A stretch of DNA of 64,000 nt from Brevundimonas sp. (GTDB lineage: Bacteria > Pseudomonadota > Alphaproteobacteria > Caulobacterales > Caulobacteraceae): NCBI GenBank assembly GCA_052436175.1, contig JBQVNM010000009.1. One strand, 5' to 3'. Below the pieces are notes generated by a model, which saw only the letters and a list, made by a program, of their open reading frames with translations, had not been told where the DNA came from and ran no database searches. Position 1 is the first letter of the stretch. Each line of letters begins with the position of its first letter. This document shows positions 46,834-56,574 of the stretch, one piece after another. Position numbers and translations under genes: made by a program.

Positions 46834-48864
46834 TTGATCCAGGACGCGCCCGCCAGCCCTCCCGCCCTGTTGCCCGAGGTCGTGGTGACCGCCGCGCGCC
46901 TGCCGCCCGCCGCCGGGGACGCCGCCTTCGCGGTGATCCGGCTGGACCGGGAGGCATTGCACGGGGCGCAGAGACTGGACGAGGCGCTGCGGTCGGTTCC
47001 CGCCGTCTCCCTGTTCCGGCGCACGACCAGCCTGTCGGCCAATCCGACGACGCAAGGGCTGTCGCTGCGGGCTGTGGCGCCGTCCGGCGCCGGACGGGCG
47101 CTGGTGACGCTGGACGGGGCGCCGCTGAACGACCCCTTCGGCGGCTGGGTGATCTGGTCCCAGGTCGCGCCGGAGAGCCTGTCGGGGCTGGACGTGGTGC
47201 GCGGCGCCGGGAGCGGACCCTATGGCGCGGGGGCGTTGACCGGGGTCGTGGCGCTGCGCGAACGCTCCGGCGAAGGCGGGGTGCTGGATCTGTCGGGCGG
47301 CGAGGACGGCGGGCGAAGGCTGGCGGCGGCTGCGGGGCTGGAGCAGGGGCGGGTCGCCGTGACCGGGTCCCTGCTGCGGGAACAGTCGGACGGATACACG
47401 CCCGTGCGCGGGGCGGCGGCGGGGGCGGCGGACACGCCGCTGGACCTGCTGACCACCAGCGCGGCCTTGCGGGCGGACGTGGCGCTGGACGGCGATGTGG
47501 CGGTCTCGTTGCGCGCCTCGGCCTACGACGAGGATCGCGGATCCGGGTTGGCCGGCGCCCGCTCCTCGGCCAGCGGCCACGCCCTGACGGCCACGGCGGC
47601 GCGGTCGCCGGGGGAGGGCCGGACCGGCTGGCGGGCCCAGGTCTGGCGGCGGGAGAGCGATTTCTCCAACACCTCCGTCGCGGTGGCGGCCGACCGGATG
47701 AGCACGACGCCGGCCAACGACCAGTATGCGACCCCCGCCGTCGGCTGGGGCGGCAATCTGGCGCTGCGACGGTCGGGGATCGACTTCGGCGGCGGGCGGC
47801 TGGAGTGGGAGCTGGGCGCTGACGCCCGGTTCAATCGCGGCGAGACGCAGGAGCGGTTCCGCTACATGGCCGGCGCCTTCACCCGCGGCCGGATCGCGGG
47901 CGGCGAGACCTCGGTGGTCGGGGCATACTCCGAGGGGGCGTGGGAGGCGGGGCCGTGGCTGGTCGCCGGCGGCCTGCGGCTGGACCGGTGGGAGAATTCG
48001 GACGGGCGGCGGCTGGAAACCGATCTGGCCACCGGGGCGGCGACGCTGGACGAGGTCGAGCCGGACCGGTCGGGGGAGGTGACCAGCGCGCGGCTGGGCG
48101 TGCGGCGCGATCTCGGGGGCGGATGGGCCCTGCGGACGGCGGCCTATTCGGGTTTCCGGCCGGCGACCCTGAACGAACTGCATCGCCCGTTCCGTGTCGG
48201 CAACGACCTGACCGAGGCCAATGCCGGTCTGGAGCCGGAAAAGCTTCAGGGTCTTGAGGCAGGGCTGAGCCGGGCGGTCGGCGGGGCCACATTCCGCGCC
48301 ACGGTCTTCGCCAACCGGATCGAGGACGCCATCGTCAATGTCACCATCGGCGTCGGTCCCGGGACCTTTCCCCGCGCGGGCTTCGTGCCGGCCGGCGGCG
48401 TGCTGCGCCAGAGGATGAACGCAGGGACCATCGCGGCGACGGGGGTGGAGCTGAGCGCCGAACACCGGCTGGACCGGCTGACCTTGGCGGGGGCGGTGTC
48501 CTGGACCCGGGCCGAGGTGGACGGAGGATCATCCGCGCCGCAGCTGACCGGCCTGCGCACCGCCCAGGCGCCCCGTTGGAGCGCCACTGCAGGGGCGGAC
48601 TGGCGGGCGACGGAACGGCTCACCCTGTCTGGACAGGCGCGCTACGAGAGCGCCCGGTTCGAAGACGATCTGAACAGCCGGGTGCTGGACGCCGCCGTGA
48701 CCGTGGACGGGCGGGCCGAATGGCGGCTGAGGGAGGGCGTCAGCCTCTATCTGGCCGGAGACAATCTGGCGGACGCAGACGTGCCGGTTTCCGTCACCGG
48801 CGACGGGGTCGAGGGCTATGCCCCGCCGCGGACCCTAAGGGCGGGCGTCACGGTCAACTGGTGA
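46834..48864 (+). CDS. TonB-dependent receptor (BtuB-size); no signal peptide found, start uncertain
   Basis: Plug domain 'EVVVTAARLP...DEALRSVPAVSLFRR...GLSLRAVAPSG..RALVTLDGAPLNDPFGG'. The C-terminal beta-barrel ends in 'GVTVNW'. The only in-frame start after the TetR gene is the TTG at 46834. Confidence 0.75.
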   Translation: MIQDAPASPPALLPEVVVTAARLPPAAGDAAFAVIRLDREALHGAQRLDEALRSVPAVSLFRRTTSLSANPTTQGLSLRAVAPSGAGRALVTLDGAPLNDPFGGWVIWSQVAPESLSGLDVVRGAGSGPYGAGALTGVVALRERSGEGGVLDLSGGEDGGRRLAAAAGLEQGRVAVTGSLLREQSDGYTPVRGAAAGAADTPLDLLTTSAALRADVALDGDVAVSLRASAYDEDRGSGLAGARSSASGHALTATAARSPGEGRTGWRAQVWRRESDFSNTSVAVAADRMSTTPANDQYATPAVGWGGNLALRRSGIDFGGGRLEWELGADARFNRGETQERFRYMAGAFTRGRIAGGETSVVGAYSEGAWEAGPWLVAGGLRLDRWENSDGRRLETDLATGAATLDEVEPDRSGEVTSARLGVRRDLGGGWALRTAAYSGFRPATLNELHRPFRVGNDLTEANAGLEPEKLQGLEAGLSRAVGGATFRATVFANRIEDAIVNVTIGVGPGTFPRAGFVPAGGVLRQRMNAGTIAATGVELSAEHRLDRLTLAGAVSWTRAEVDGGSSAPQLTGLRTAQAPRWSATAGADWRATERLTLSGQARYESARFEDDLNSRVLDAAVTVDGRAEWRLREGVSLYLAGDNLADADVPVSVTGDGVEGYAPPRTLRAGVTVNW

Positions 48865-48981
48865 AGCCCGGTGTCGAGGACGGGTTCGGCAAAGCTCGCG
48901 GCCCCCCTTGAGCCCGGCCCCAATCCCGCCCATCTAGCCCCGACAGGCCGACGCACGGTTGCGTCGGGAGGGGCTCGCCGC

Positions 48982-50343
48982 ATGGCCGATCAGGAACCGC
49001 TTTCGTTCGACCAGCTGGTCGAGGCGATGTCGAAGGGCGCCAAGCCCAAGAGCGAATGGCGCATCGGCGCCGAGCACGAGAAGTTCGGCTTCGATCGCTC
49101 GACCCTGCGTCGCCCCGGATATGAGGGGCCGAACGGCATCCACGCCATGCTGACCGGTCTGCAACGGTTCGGCTGGTCGCCGGTCGAGGAGGGCGGCTTC
49201 CTGATCGGGCTGGAGCGGAAAAACGCCGAGGGCTTCACGGCATCCGTGTCGTTGGAGCCGGGCGGCCAGTTCGAGCTGTCGGGCGCGCCCCTGCGCACCA
49301 TCCACGACATCTGTTCCGAGACCGGCCAGCACCTGATGGAGGTCAAACAGGTCGCGGACCAGCTGAACCTCGGCTTCCTCGGCGCCGGCTTCGACCCCCT
49401 GTGGACCCGCGAGGACGTGCCGGTCATGCCCAAGGGCCGTTACGACATCATGCGCGCCTATATGCCGAAGAAGGGCAATCTCGGCCTCGACATGATGCTG
49501 CGCACCTGCACCATCCAGGCCAACCTCGACTTCTCGTCCGAGGCCGACATGGTGGCCAAGTTCCGCACCTCTCTGGCGCTGCAGCCGATCGGCACGGCCC
49601 TGTTCGCCTGTTCGCCGTTCACGGAGGGACGGCCCAACGGCTTTCTGTCGGCGCGGGCCAATGTCTGGACCGACACCGATCCGGACCGCACCGGCATGCT
49701 GGACTTCGTGTTCCGCGACGGCTTCGGCTTCGAGGCCTATGCGAACTATGCGCTGGACACGCCGATGTATTTCGCCAAGCGCGACGGGAAGTATGTCGAC
49801 GCCTCGGGCCAGTCGTTCCGCGACTTCATGGCGGGCAAGCTGCCGGCCCTTCCGGGCGAGTTGCCGACGAAGAAGGACTGGGCGGATCACCTGACCACCC
49901 TCTTCCCCGAGGTGCGGCTGAAACAGTATCTGGAGATGCGCGGCTCGGACGGCGGGCCGTGGAGCCGGATCTGCGCCCTGCCGGCCCTGTGGGCGGGCAT
50001 CTTCTACGACGCCCCGTCGCTGGCCGCCGCCTGGGACCTGTGCAAGGACTGGGACATTCAGGACCACGAGCGCCTGCGCCGCGACGTGACCCGCCTGGGC
50101 CTGAAGGCCGAGGTGGCGGGCCGGTCGGTGCGCGACATCGCCGTGGACATGGTCGCCATCGCCCGCGAGGGGCTGAAGAACCGGGCCATGTTCAGCGGCG
50201 GCATGGTCGACGAGCGCGGCTATCTGTCGGAGCTGGAAGACATCGCCGACAGCGGGGTCACCCCCGCCGAACGCCTGCTGGACCTCTATCACGGCGAATG
50301 GCAGGGCGACGTCAGCCGGATGTACCGCGACTTCGCCTATTGA
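48982..50343 (+). CDS. gshA: glutamate--cysteine ligase, plant/alphaproteobacterial type (GCS2)
   Basis: GGGAGGGG lies upstream of the ATG at 48982. 'WRIGAEHEKFGF...' and 'LFPEVRLKQYLEMRGSD' are typical of the plant-type enzyme. Confidence 0.85.
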   Translation: MADQEPLSFDQLVEAMSKGAKPKSEWRIGAEHEKFGFDRSTLRRPGYEGPNGIHAMLTGLQRFGWSPVEEGGFLIGLERKNAEGFTASVSLEPGGQFELSGAPLRTIHDICSETGQHLMEVKQVADQLNLGFLGAGFDPLWTREDVPVMPKGRYDIMRAYMPKKGNLGLDMMLRTCTIQANLDFSSEADMVAKFRTSLALQPIGTALFACSPFTEGRPNGFLSARANVWTDTDPDRTGMLDFVFRDGFGFEAYANYALDTPMYFAKRDGKYVDASGQSFRDFMAGKLPALPGELPTKKDWADHLTTLFPEVRLKQYLEMRGSDGGPWSRICALPALWAGIFYDAPSLAAAWDLCKDWDIQDHERLRRDVTRLGLKAEVAGRSVRDIAVDMVAIAREGLKNRAMFSGGMVDERGYLSELEDIADSGVTPAERLLDLYHGEWQGDVSRMYRDFAY

Positions 50344-50409
50344 TCCGAGGCGGTCGCCGGATTGGCTCTTGAGCCGGCAGCCGTATTCGCTAGTTTGCGC
50401 CTCGCTTCC

Positions 50410-50483
50410 GCGGGCATGATGTAGTGGTAGCCTGAAAGCTTCCCAAGCTTTTCGTGCGGGTTCGATTCCCGCTGCCCGCTCCA
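50410..50483 (+). tRNA. tRNA-Gly (anticodon CCC)
   Basis: GCGGGCA acceptor stem, anticodon stem-loop AAAGC-TTCCCAA-GCTTT, T-arm GCGGG-TTCGATT-CCCGC, encoded CCA. It is collinear with E. coli glyU as I recall it. Confidence 0.9.
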
Positions 50484-50493
50484 GCGGCCCGTG

Positions 50494-51777
50494 TCAGGGC
50501 CTGATCTGCCCCGTACCGCGCACCACGTATTTGTAGCTGGTCAGCTGTTCGGCGCCGACGGGGCCGCGGGCGTGGAGGCGGGCGGTGGAGATGCCGATCT
50601 CGCCGCCGAAGCCGAACTCTCCGCCGTCGGCGAACTGGGTCGAGGCATTCCAGATGACGATGGCGCTGTCCACCGCATTGAGAAAGTCAGCGGCGGCCTG
50701 GGCGTCATCCGTGACGATGGCTTCGGTGTGGCCCGAGCCGTAGCGGCGGATGTGGGCGACGGCGTCGTCCAGACCGTCCACGACCCTGACCGACAGGATG
50801 GGAGCGAGGTATTCGGTGGTCCAGTCGGCCTCGGTCGCCTCGGTCATGGCGGGGACGAGGCTCATGGCCCGTTCGTCGCCACGCAGTTCGCAGCCGCCTG
50901 CGATCAGGGCCTCGGCCACGGCAGGGAGCAGGCGACCGGCGGCGGCCGCATCCACCAGCAGGGTCTCGGTCGAGCCGCAGACGGAGACGCGGCGCAGCTT
51001 GGCGTTGACGACGATGTCGCGCGCCATGTCGAGATCGGCGGCGGCGTGGAGATAGGTGTGGTTCAGCCCCTCCAGATGGCTGAGCACCGGCACGCGGGCC
51101 TCGGCCTGAACGCGGGCGACGAGGCTCTTGCCGCCGCGCGGGATCAACAGGTCGATGGCGCCGTCCAGACCGGTCAGCAGGGCGCCGACGGCGGCCCGGT
51201 CGGGCGTGGGGACCAGCTGGACCGCATCGGCGGGCAGGCCGGTCTCGGTCAGGCCGCGCACGACCGTCGCATGGATGGCGCGCGAACTGTCCAGACAGTC
51301 CGAGCCGCAACGCAGGAGGGCCACATTGCCCGAGCGCAGGCACAGGGCGGCGGCGTCGGCGGTGACGTTGGGCCGGCTCTCATAGATGATGGCCAGGACG
51401 CCGAGCGGCGTGCGGACTCGGGCGAAGTCCAGACCATTGGGTCGGGTCCAGCGGGCCGTCTCGACCCCGAGCGGATCGGGGAAGCCGGCCACCTCATCGA
51501 CCGCCGAGGCCATGGCCTCGATCCGGGCAGGGGTCAGGGCCAGGCGGTCGATCAGGGCCTCTGTGACGCCGTTATGGCGGGCGCGGTCGATGTCGCGGGC
51601 GTTGGCGGACAGGATGGTCGCCGCGTCGGCGCGCAGGACGGCGGCGATGGCGGTTAGGGCGGCGGAGCGCTGGTCGGCCGTGCAGGCGGCGAGGGGTTGG
51701 GCGGCGGCGCGGGCGCGGCGACCCATGTCGGCCATGAGGGCGGCGACGTCGGTCACGGGTTCGAGCGTGTCGGCCAT
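50494..51777 (-). CDS. proA: glutamate-5-semialdehyde dehydrogenase (gamma-glutamyl phosphate reductase)
   Basis: 'PLGVLAIIYESRPNVTADAAALCLRSGNVALLRCGS...' and 'ASTQFADGGEFGFGGEIGIST'. The start ATG overlaps the proB stop (ATGA). Confidence 0.95.
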   Translation of the reverse strand: MADTLEPVTDVAALMADMGRRARAAAQPLAACTADQRSAALTAIAAVLRADAATILSANARDIDRARHNGVTEALIDRLALTPARIEAMASAVDEVAGFPDPLGVETARWTRPNGLDFARVRTPLGVLAIIYESRPNVTADAAALCLRSGNVALLRCGSDCLDSSRAIHATVVRGLTETGLPADAVQLVPTPDRAAVGALLTGLDGAIDLLIPRGGKSLVARVQAEARVPVLSHLEGLNHTYLHAAADLDMARDIVVNAKLRRVSVCGSTETLLVDAAAAGRLLPAVAEALIAGGCELRGDERAMSLVPAMTEATEADWTTEYLAPILSVRVVDGLDDAVAHIRRYGSGHTEAIVTDDAQAAADFLNAVDSAIVIWNASTQFADGGEFGFGGEIGISTARLHARGPVGAEQLTSYKYVVRGTGQIRP

Positions 51778-52979
51778 CAGGGCGCCTCCAGCACCAGGTC
51801 GTCGCGGTGGACGGCCACGCCCGCGCCCTTGTAGCCGACCAGGGCCTCGATCTCGGTGGAATGGCGGCCCTGGATGCGGGCCATTTCGTCGGCGGCGTAG
51901 GCGGCGAGGCCGACGCCGAGGACGGCGCCGTCCAAGGTCTGGAGGCGGACGCTGTCGCCCTTGTCGAAGCGGCCTTCGATCCGGGCGACGCCGGAGGGCA
52001 GGAGGCTGCGGCCCTTGACCAGGGCGGCGGCGGCCCCGTCGTCGATGACCAGGGCGCCTGTGGGCTCCAGACTGCCCGCGATCCACTGCTTGTAGGCAGC
52101 GAGCGGCGTGGCCGGGGCGGTGAACAGGGTGGCGCGGGCGCCGTCCCGCACCGCCTCGAGCGGATGGGGCTGCAGGCCCGAGACGATCAGGGTGGCGCAA
52201 CCGGCCGAGCGGGCGATGCGGGCGGCCATCAGCTTGGTCGCCATGCCGCCGGTGCCGACATCGGCCTCGGCGTTCGCGCCGCCGCCCAGGGCCATGATCT
52301 CCGGTGTCAGGGCCTCGATCAGGGGCAGATGTTCGGCGGTCGGGTCGCGGCGCGGATCGGCGGTGTAGAGGCCGTCCACATCGGACAGCAGGATCAGCAG
52401 GTCGGCGCGGATCAGCTGGGCCGCGCGGGCCGCGAGCCGGTCGTTGTCGCCGTAGCGCAGCTCTTCGGTCGCGACCGTGTCGTTCTCATTGATGACGGGC
52501 ACGGCGCCGAGGGTCAGCAGGGCCTCCAGCGTCGCGCGGGCGTTCAGCCAGCGGCGGCGGCGTTCGGTGTCGTCGCGGGTCAGCAGGACCTGGGCGGGGG
52601 TCAGGCCGTGGGGCTGAAACGCCGCCTCCCAGCCGCGCATCAACAGGGACTGGCCCACGGCGGCGGCTGCTTGCTTTTCGTCCAGACGCGCGTTCTTCGC
52701 CAGCTTCAGGCGACCGCGACCGAGGGCCACGGCCCCGGAAGACACCACCGCGACCTCACGCCCGCCCGCGCGCAGGGCGGCGATGTCGGCGGCCAGGGCC
52801 TCGAGCCAGTCGGCCGAGGGCGCGCGTGTCTTCGCATCGACGACGAGCGACGAGCCGATCTTGACCACGATCCGGCGCGCGCCCGCGATCGCGCGAGCAG
52901 CGGCGGTGCTTTCGGCAGTGGTCTGGACGGCGGCGTCGGTCACGCGCGGGACCATGCCCGCGCGCGTGCGCTGCAACAA
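51777..52979 (-). CDS. proB: glutamate 5-kinase (start may be at 52955)
   Basis: '[13 protein letters not shown]...[11 protein letters not shown]...' and a C-terminal PUA domain. Confidence 0.95.
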   Translation of the reverse strand: MLQRTRAGMVPRVTDAAVQTTAESTAAARAIAGARRIVVKIGSSLVVDAKTRAPSADWLEALAADIAALRAGGREVAVVSSGAVALGRGRLKLAKNARLDEKQAAAAVGQSLLMRGWEAAFQPHGLTPAQVLLTRDDTERRRRWLNARATLEALLTLGAVPVINENDTVATEELRYGDNDRLAARAAQLIRADLLILLSDVDGLYTADPRRDPTAEHLPLIEALTPEIMALGGGANAEADVGTGGMATKLMAARIARSAGCATLIVSGLQPHPLEAVRDGARATLFTAPATPLAAYKQWIAGSLEPTGALVIDDGAAAALVKGRSLLPSGVARIEGRFDKGDSVRLQTLDGAVLGVGLAAYAADEMARIQGRHSTEIEALVGYKGAGVAVHRDDLVLEAP

Positions 52980-52994
52980 GGGTTCAGGCCGCCG

Positions 52995-53849
52995 TCAGAG
53001 TTGGGAAAAGGTATCGCAGACGGCCGGGTCGCCGGATTGATAGCCGCGCTGGAGCCATTCCATCCGCTGGGCCGAGGAGCCGTGGGTGAAGCCCTCGGGC
53101 GAGACGCGGCGGCCCGAGCGGCGTTGCAGGGTGTCGTCGCCGATGGCGTTGGCGGACTGGAGACCGGCCTGCAGATCGCCCGCTTCCAGCGCCACCTGAC
53201 CGCCCGAGGCGGCCGCCGCGTTGGCGGCCCAGACCCCGGCGTAGCAGTCGGCCTGGAGCTCCAGCGCGACCGAATACTGGTTGGCCTCGCCCTGGCTGCG
53301 GGCGCGCTGCTGGGCCTGCTGCACCTGTTGAGAGGCGCCGGTCAGGGTCTGGATATGGTGGCCGAACTCGTGGGCGATGACATAGGCCTTGGCGAAGTCG
53401 GCGCTGGAGCCGCCGAGGTTCTCCAGCTCCTGCCAGAAGCCGAGGTCCAGATAGACGGTCTGGTCCGACGGGCAGTAGAAGGGCCCCATGGCCGACTGGC
53501 CGAAGCCGCAGCCGGTGGGCGTCCCCTGATCGTAGATGACCACGGTCGGGCGCTGGTAGCCGCGCAGTTTCGAGGTCCAGACGTCGTTGATGTTGGTGCC
53601 GACGACCGAGACGAACCGGCCGGCCTCGTCGCGGGGCGTGCCCTCGACCCCCTGCTGCTGTTCGGACTGACCGGCGCCGCCGAACTGGCTGGCGATCTGG
53701 GTGGTGGTCGCGGGGTCGATGCCGAAGACGAAATAGCCGATCAGGCCCAGGATCGCGACGCCGATGCCGCCGCCGGCGACGGCTCCGCCGCCCATGCCGC
53801 GCCGGTCCTCGACATTGCCGCCGTCGTCACGCCCGCCCTGCCAACGCAT
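52995..53849 (-). CDS. YpfJ-family neutral zinc metallopeptidase
   Basis: N-terminal 'GGRDDGGNVEDRRG', a transmembrane segment, 'GPFYCPSDQTVYLDLGF' and the HExxH motif 'VIAHEFGHHIQ'. Confidence 0.8.
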   Translation of the reverse strand: MRWQGGRDDGGNVEDRRGMGGGAVAGGGIGVAILGLIGYFVFGIDPATTTQIASQFGGAGQSEQQQGVEGTPRDEAGRFVSVVGTNINDVWTSKLRGYQRPTVVIYDQGTPTGCGFGQSAMGPFYCPSDQTVYLDLGFWQELENLGGSSADFAKAYVIAHEFGHHIQTLTGASQQVQQAQQRARSQGEANQYSVALELQADCYAGVWAANAAAASGGQVALEAGDLQAGLQSANAIGDDTLQRRSGRRVSPEGFTHGSSAQRMEWLQRGYQSGDPAVCDTFSQL

Positions 53850-53913
53850 CTGCCACGCCTCCTCAAACTGGACGATCAAACTAGAGGTTGAACGACGGGA
53901 GGGGAAGCCGGGT

Positions 53914-54282
53914 TCAGTTCGGACGCCGGTCGAGCCAGGCGTCGATCTGGCGCGTGTCGGCGGGGGGTGGCGGCGTCGGGTCGGGCGGAACCCTGGCGCG
54001 AACAGGCGGCGTGGGCGGGACGGGCGCCTGGCGCGCGCGCAGGGTCTCGAGAGACTGCCGGGCCTGGAGCGACTGGCTGCGGGCCAGATCGCGGTTGGCG
54101 TCGGCGACGCCGCGCAACCGCTCCATCTCCAGCCTGTGGGCGTCGCCGGTCGAGAGGTTACGCGGGGACCAGGCGGGGCGCGTCGGATCGGTCGGCCGCC
54201 AGGGGGCGGTCGAGGTCTGGGCGTCGGCCACGGCCGGAACGGCGGCGAGGGCGGCCAGAAGCGAGGCGAGGACCGGTCTCAT
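53914..54282 (-). CDS. secreted hypothetical Pro-rich protein
   Basis: The start is taken at MRPVLASLLAALAAVPAVADA (signal peptide). No family recognised. Confidence 0.4.
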   Translation of the reverse strand: MRPVLASLLAALAAVPAVADAQTSTAPWRPTDPTRPAWSPRNLSTGDAHRLEMERLRGVADANRDLARSQSLQARQSLETLRARQAPVPPTPPVRARVPPDPTPPPPADTRQIDAWLDRRPN

Positions 54283-54327
54283 GACAGGAAGATGGGGCCG
54301 CACACGGTCATCTCCAAGCGGGGCCAT

Positions 54328-54978
54328 TCAGGGCATGGCCCAGACGCTGGAGCGTTTGACGGCGAAGTCCTCGAGCTCGCGCGTGGTCTCGACCTGGTAT
54401 TCGGCGAGGAAGTTCAGGCCCTCGCGTGGGAAATAGGTGCGGTGGGGGTCGCCGATCAGGACGCGGGCTCCGTTGGCGCGGGCGGCGGCCAGCCAGGCCA
54501 GGACCCGCTCGGTCATCGGCTTCTCATAGCAGACGTCGCCGGCGCAGATGACGTCGACCGGGGGCGGCGGGGCGTCCAGCAGGTTGGCGTCGGTGAAGTC
54601 GAGCGTGACGCCGTTCGCCGCCGCATTCACCGCCGCCGCCGCGCCGCAGAAGGGGTCGATGTCGGCGCAGAGGACATGGGCCGCGCCCGCCTTCATCGCC
54701 GCGATCCCGACCAGGCCCGAGCCCGAGGCGAAGTCCAGCACTCGCTTGCCCGCGACCTCCTGCGGATTATCGAGCAGCCAGCGGCTCAGCGCCTGACCAC
54801 CCGCCCAGGCGAAGGCCCAGAAGGGCGGCGGCAGGCCCAGCTCGCCCAGCTCCTCCTCCGTCATCTTCCAGATCGGGGTGATCTCGTCGGCCAGCCACAG
54901 GGAGATCTCCGGAGCGTGAGGCACGACCTGGAGCCGGGTGTTGGCGAGGATGAAGGCGCGGGGGTCGGGGAGGGTCAC
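54328..54978 (-). CDS. class I SAM-dependent methyltransferase (PrmA-like / ETF-beta lysine methyltransferase-like)
   Basis: 'PPFWAFAWAGGQALSRWLLD...GKRVLDFASGSGLVGIAA...DVICAGDVCYE'. A GTG start at 54978 is assumed. Confidence 0.55.
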   Translation of the reverse strand: MTLPDPRAFILANTRLQVVPHAPEISLWLADEITPIWKMTEEELGELGLPPPFWAFAWAGGQALSRWLLDNPQEVAGKRVLDFASGSGLVGIAAMKAGAAHVLCADIDPFCGAAAAVNAAANGVTLDFTDANLLDAPPPPVDVICAGDVCYEKPMTERVLAWLAAARANGARVLIGDPHRTYFPREGLNFLAEYQVETTRELEDFAVKRSSVWAMP

Positions 54979-55081
54979 GCCCGCTTGGACACCGGTGCGG
55001 GCGGGAGGGCAAGGGCGGCGGAACCGGAGCGACGGCCGGGGGCGAAAGCCAACGCCCGCGTCCAAGGCCGGGAGACTCTGG

Positions 55082-55390
55082 TCAGGCCGCCTGGAATTCC
55101 TCGACCGTGTTCGCGTCCGTCGCGCCGCCGGATGTGCGGCTCACTCCAATGAAGTCGCCGATACGCCAGCTGACGGTCCCGAACAGCTCGACGCCGTCGT
55201 CCAGAACGATGCGAACGCGCCCGGGGGTGTGTGGGCGACGCCCCCGCAACCGCAGACGGGCACCGAGCCCGTCGAGCTGATGCAGGGTCGCCGGAACGCC
55301 GTCGTCGCGCCCGAAATAGACCACGCACGATCGCGTGCAGGCGCGTCGGGCCAGAAGGCGGCGGTCGGGAACGGCGACGGGGTAGCTCAT
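55082..55390 (-). CDS. possible PilZ-domain protein
   Basis: 102 aa with an N-terminal 'RRLLARR' (RxxxR-like) motif followed by beta-rich sequence. The match is weak. Confidence 0.35.
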   Translation of the reverse strand: MSYPVAVPDRRLLARRACTRSCVVYFGRDDGVPATLHQLDGLGARLRLRGRRPHTPGRVRIVLDDGVELFGTVSWRIGDFIGVSRTSGGATDANTVEEFQAA

Positions 55391-55482
55391 GGCGATGTCA
55401 TATGCCTCCGAAGTTGAAGGCCGGTTTAAGCGTCGCCGTTAATATCCGTTCGCCATGGCGGACCGGTTTAGACGATTGGTCT

Positions 55483-56487
55483 TCATGCCGTCGGCGCCGG
55501 CGTCCGGCCTCGCGACGCCTCTCGCAGCACCGTCAGATAGCCGTCCGCCACCTCCATTTCTGCCCCCTGCGGCCGGGCGCGCACGGCGCGGTGCAGGCGG
55601 GGCAGGTTCCAGCAGGGGACGTGCATGAACAGGTGGTGTTCGGCGTGGAAGTTGACCCAGTAGGGGGCGATGAAGGCGCGCTCCAGCCATCCGGTGCGGG
55701 TGGTGCGGGCGGCGCGGAACGGGTCGGTCGCCGAGCCCTCGACGCAGGCGTGTTCGGCGATGTTCCTGAGGCGGGTGACCAGGGGGAACCAGGTCGCCAT
55801 CGGAAGAAGCCACAGCACAAGGAAGGCCCACCAGACGCCGGCGGCCGTGCAGAGGATCAGCAGGCCGAGGTTGAACATCAGGAAGGGCAGGATGGAGCGG
55901 CCTGTGACGACGGCCTCGTAGTCATGGGTATCGGCGACGGCCTCTGTCGTGCCGGCCTGACGCCGCATGGCCAGCGGCAGGAGGACGCGCTGCTTGAAGA
56001 AGGTCTGGCCGGTCAGGTCGCGGATCATCTTGCGGCGCAGGGAGGCCGGGCTGACCGGGAAGGGCGCCGACAGCATCAGGTCGGGGTCTTCCGGCTGCTG
56101 GACGAAGCGGTGGTGTTTCAGGTGGTATGGGCGGTAGGCGGTCAGGGACGCACCGACCGGCACGGCGCAAAGCCAGTGGCCCAGAAAGTCGTTCAGGCGG
56201 GCGTTGCGCGACAATCCACCATGCGCCGCCTCGTGCATGAGGATGGCGAGGCCGAGCTGTCGTGTGCCGACGATCATGACGCAGATTGGGATCAGCAGGG
56301 GCCAGACCACGCCGGCGACCACGGCCAGAATGATCACCGCCCAGCAGTGAGCGACCAGAAGCGGCCCCGCCCAGGCCGGGCGAGACTGGAAGGGCGCCCA
56401 GTCGGCGGGACTGAACAGGTCGGAGGGAGCGATGCGCGGGGCGGCGGGCATGGCGGCAGGATAGCGACTTGAACGGCCAGTCGCCAT
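55483..56487 (-). CDS. membrane fatty acid desaturase family protein
   Basis: Three His boxes: 'HEAAHG', 'HLKHHR' and 'AEHHLFMH'. Multiple transmembrane segments. Confidence 0.8.
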   Translation of the reverse strand: MATGRSSRYPAAMPAAPRIAPSDLFSPADWAPFQSRPAWAGPLLVAHCWAVIILAVVAGVVWPLLIPICVMIVGTRQLGLAILMHEAAHGGLSRNARLNDFLGHWLCAVPVGASLTAYRPYHLKHHRFVQQPEDPDLMLSAPFPVSPASLRRKMIRDLTGQTFFKQRVLLPLAMRRQAGTTEAVADTHDYEAVVTGRSILPFLMFNLGLLILCTAAGVWWAFLVLWLLPMATWFPLVTRLRNIAEHACVEGSATDPFRAARTTRTGWLERAFIAPYWVNFHAEHHLFMHVPCWNLPRLHRAVRARPQGAEMEVADGYLTVLREASRGRTPAPTA

Positions 56488-56488
56488 A

Positions 56489-56565
56489 CGTCAGGCCATC
56501 CTGACGAAATGTCAGGTTGACATGACATAACATCGATGTCAGGTTGTCATTACACGACGTCAGGA
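56489..56565. promoter_or_regulatory. cluster of four GTCAGG-containing operator-like sites in a divergent intergenic region
   Basis: CGTCAGGccatCCTGACG (56489-56506), ATGTCAggtTGACAT (56509-56523), ATGTCAggtTGTCAT (56536-56550) and ACGTCAGG (56557-56564, overlapping the RBS). Confidence 0.45.
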
Positions 56566-56574
56566 GAACCTATC

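Noticed and set aside
50344-50494. tRNA-Gly as a possible genomic-island integration site. A one-mismatch D-stem (ATGT/GCCT) also raised the question of a pseudo-tRNA.
   Set aside because: There is no integrase, no direct repeat of the tRNA 3' end, and no compositional shift on either side; proA follows immediately. The acceptor, anticodon and T arms are perfect and CCA is encoded, so a single D-stem mismatch is insufficient to call it defective.
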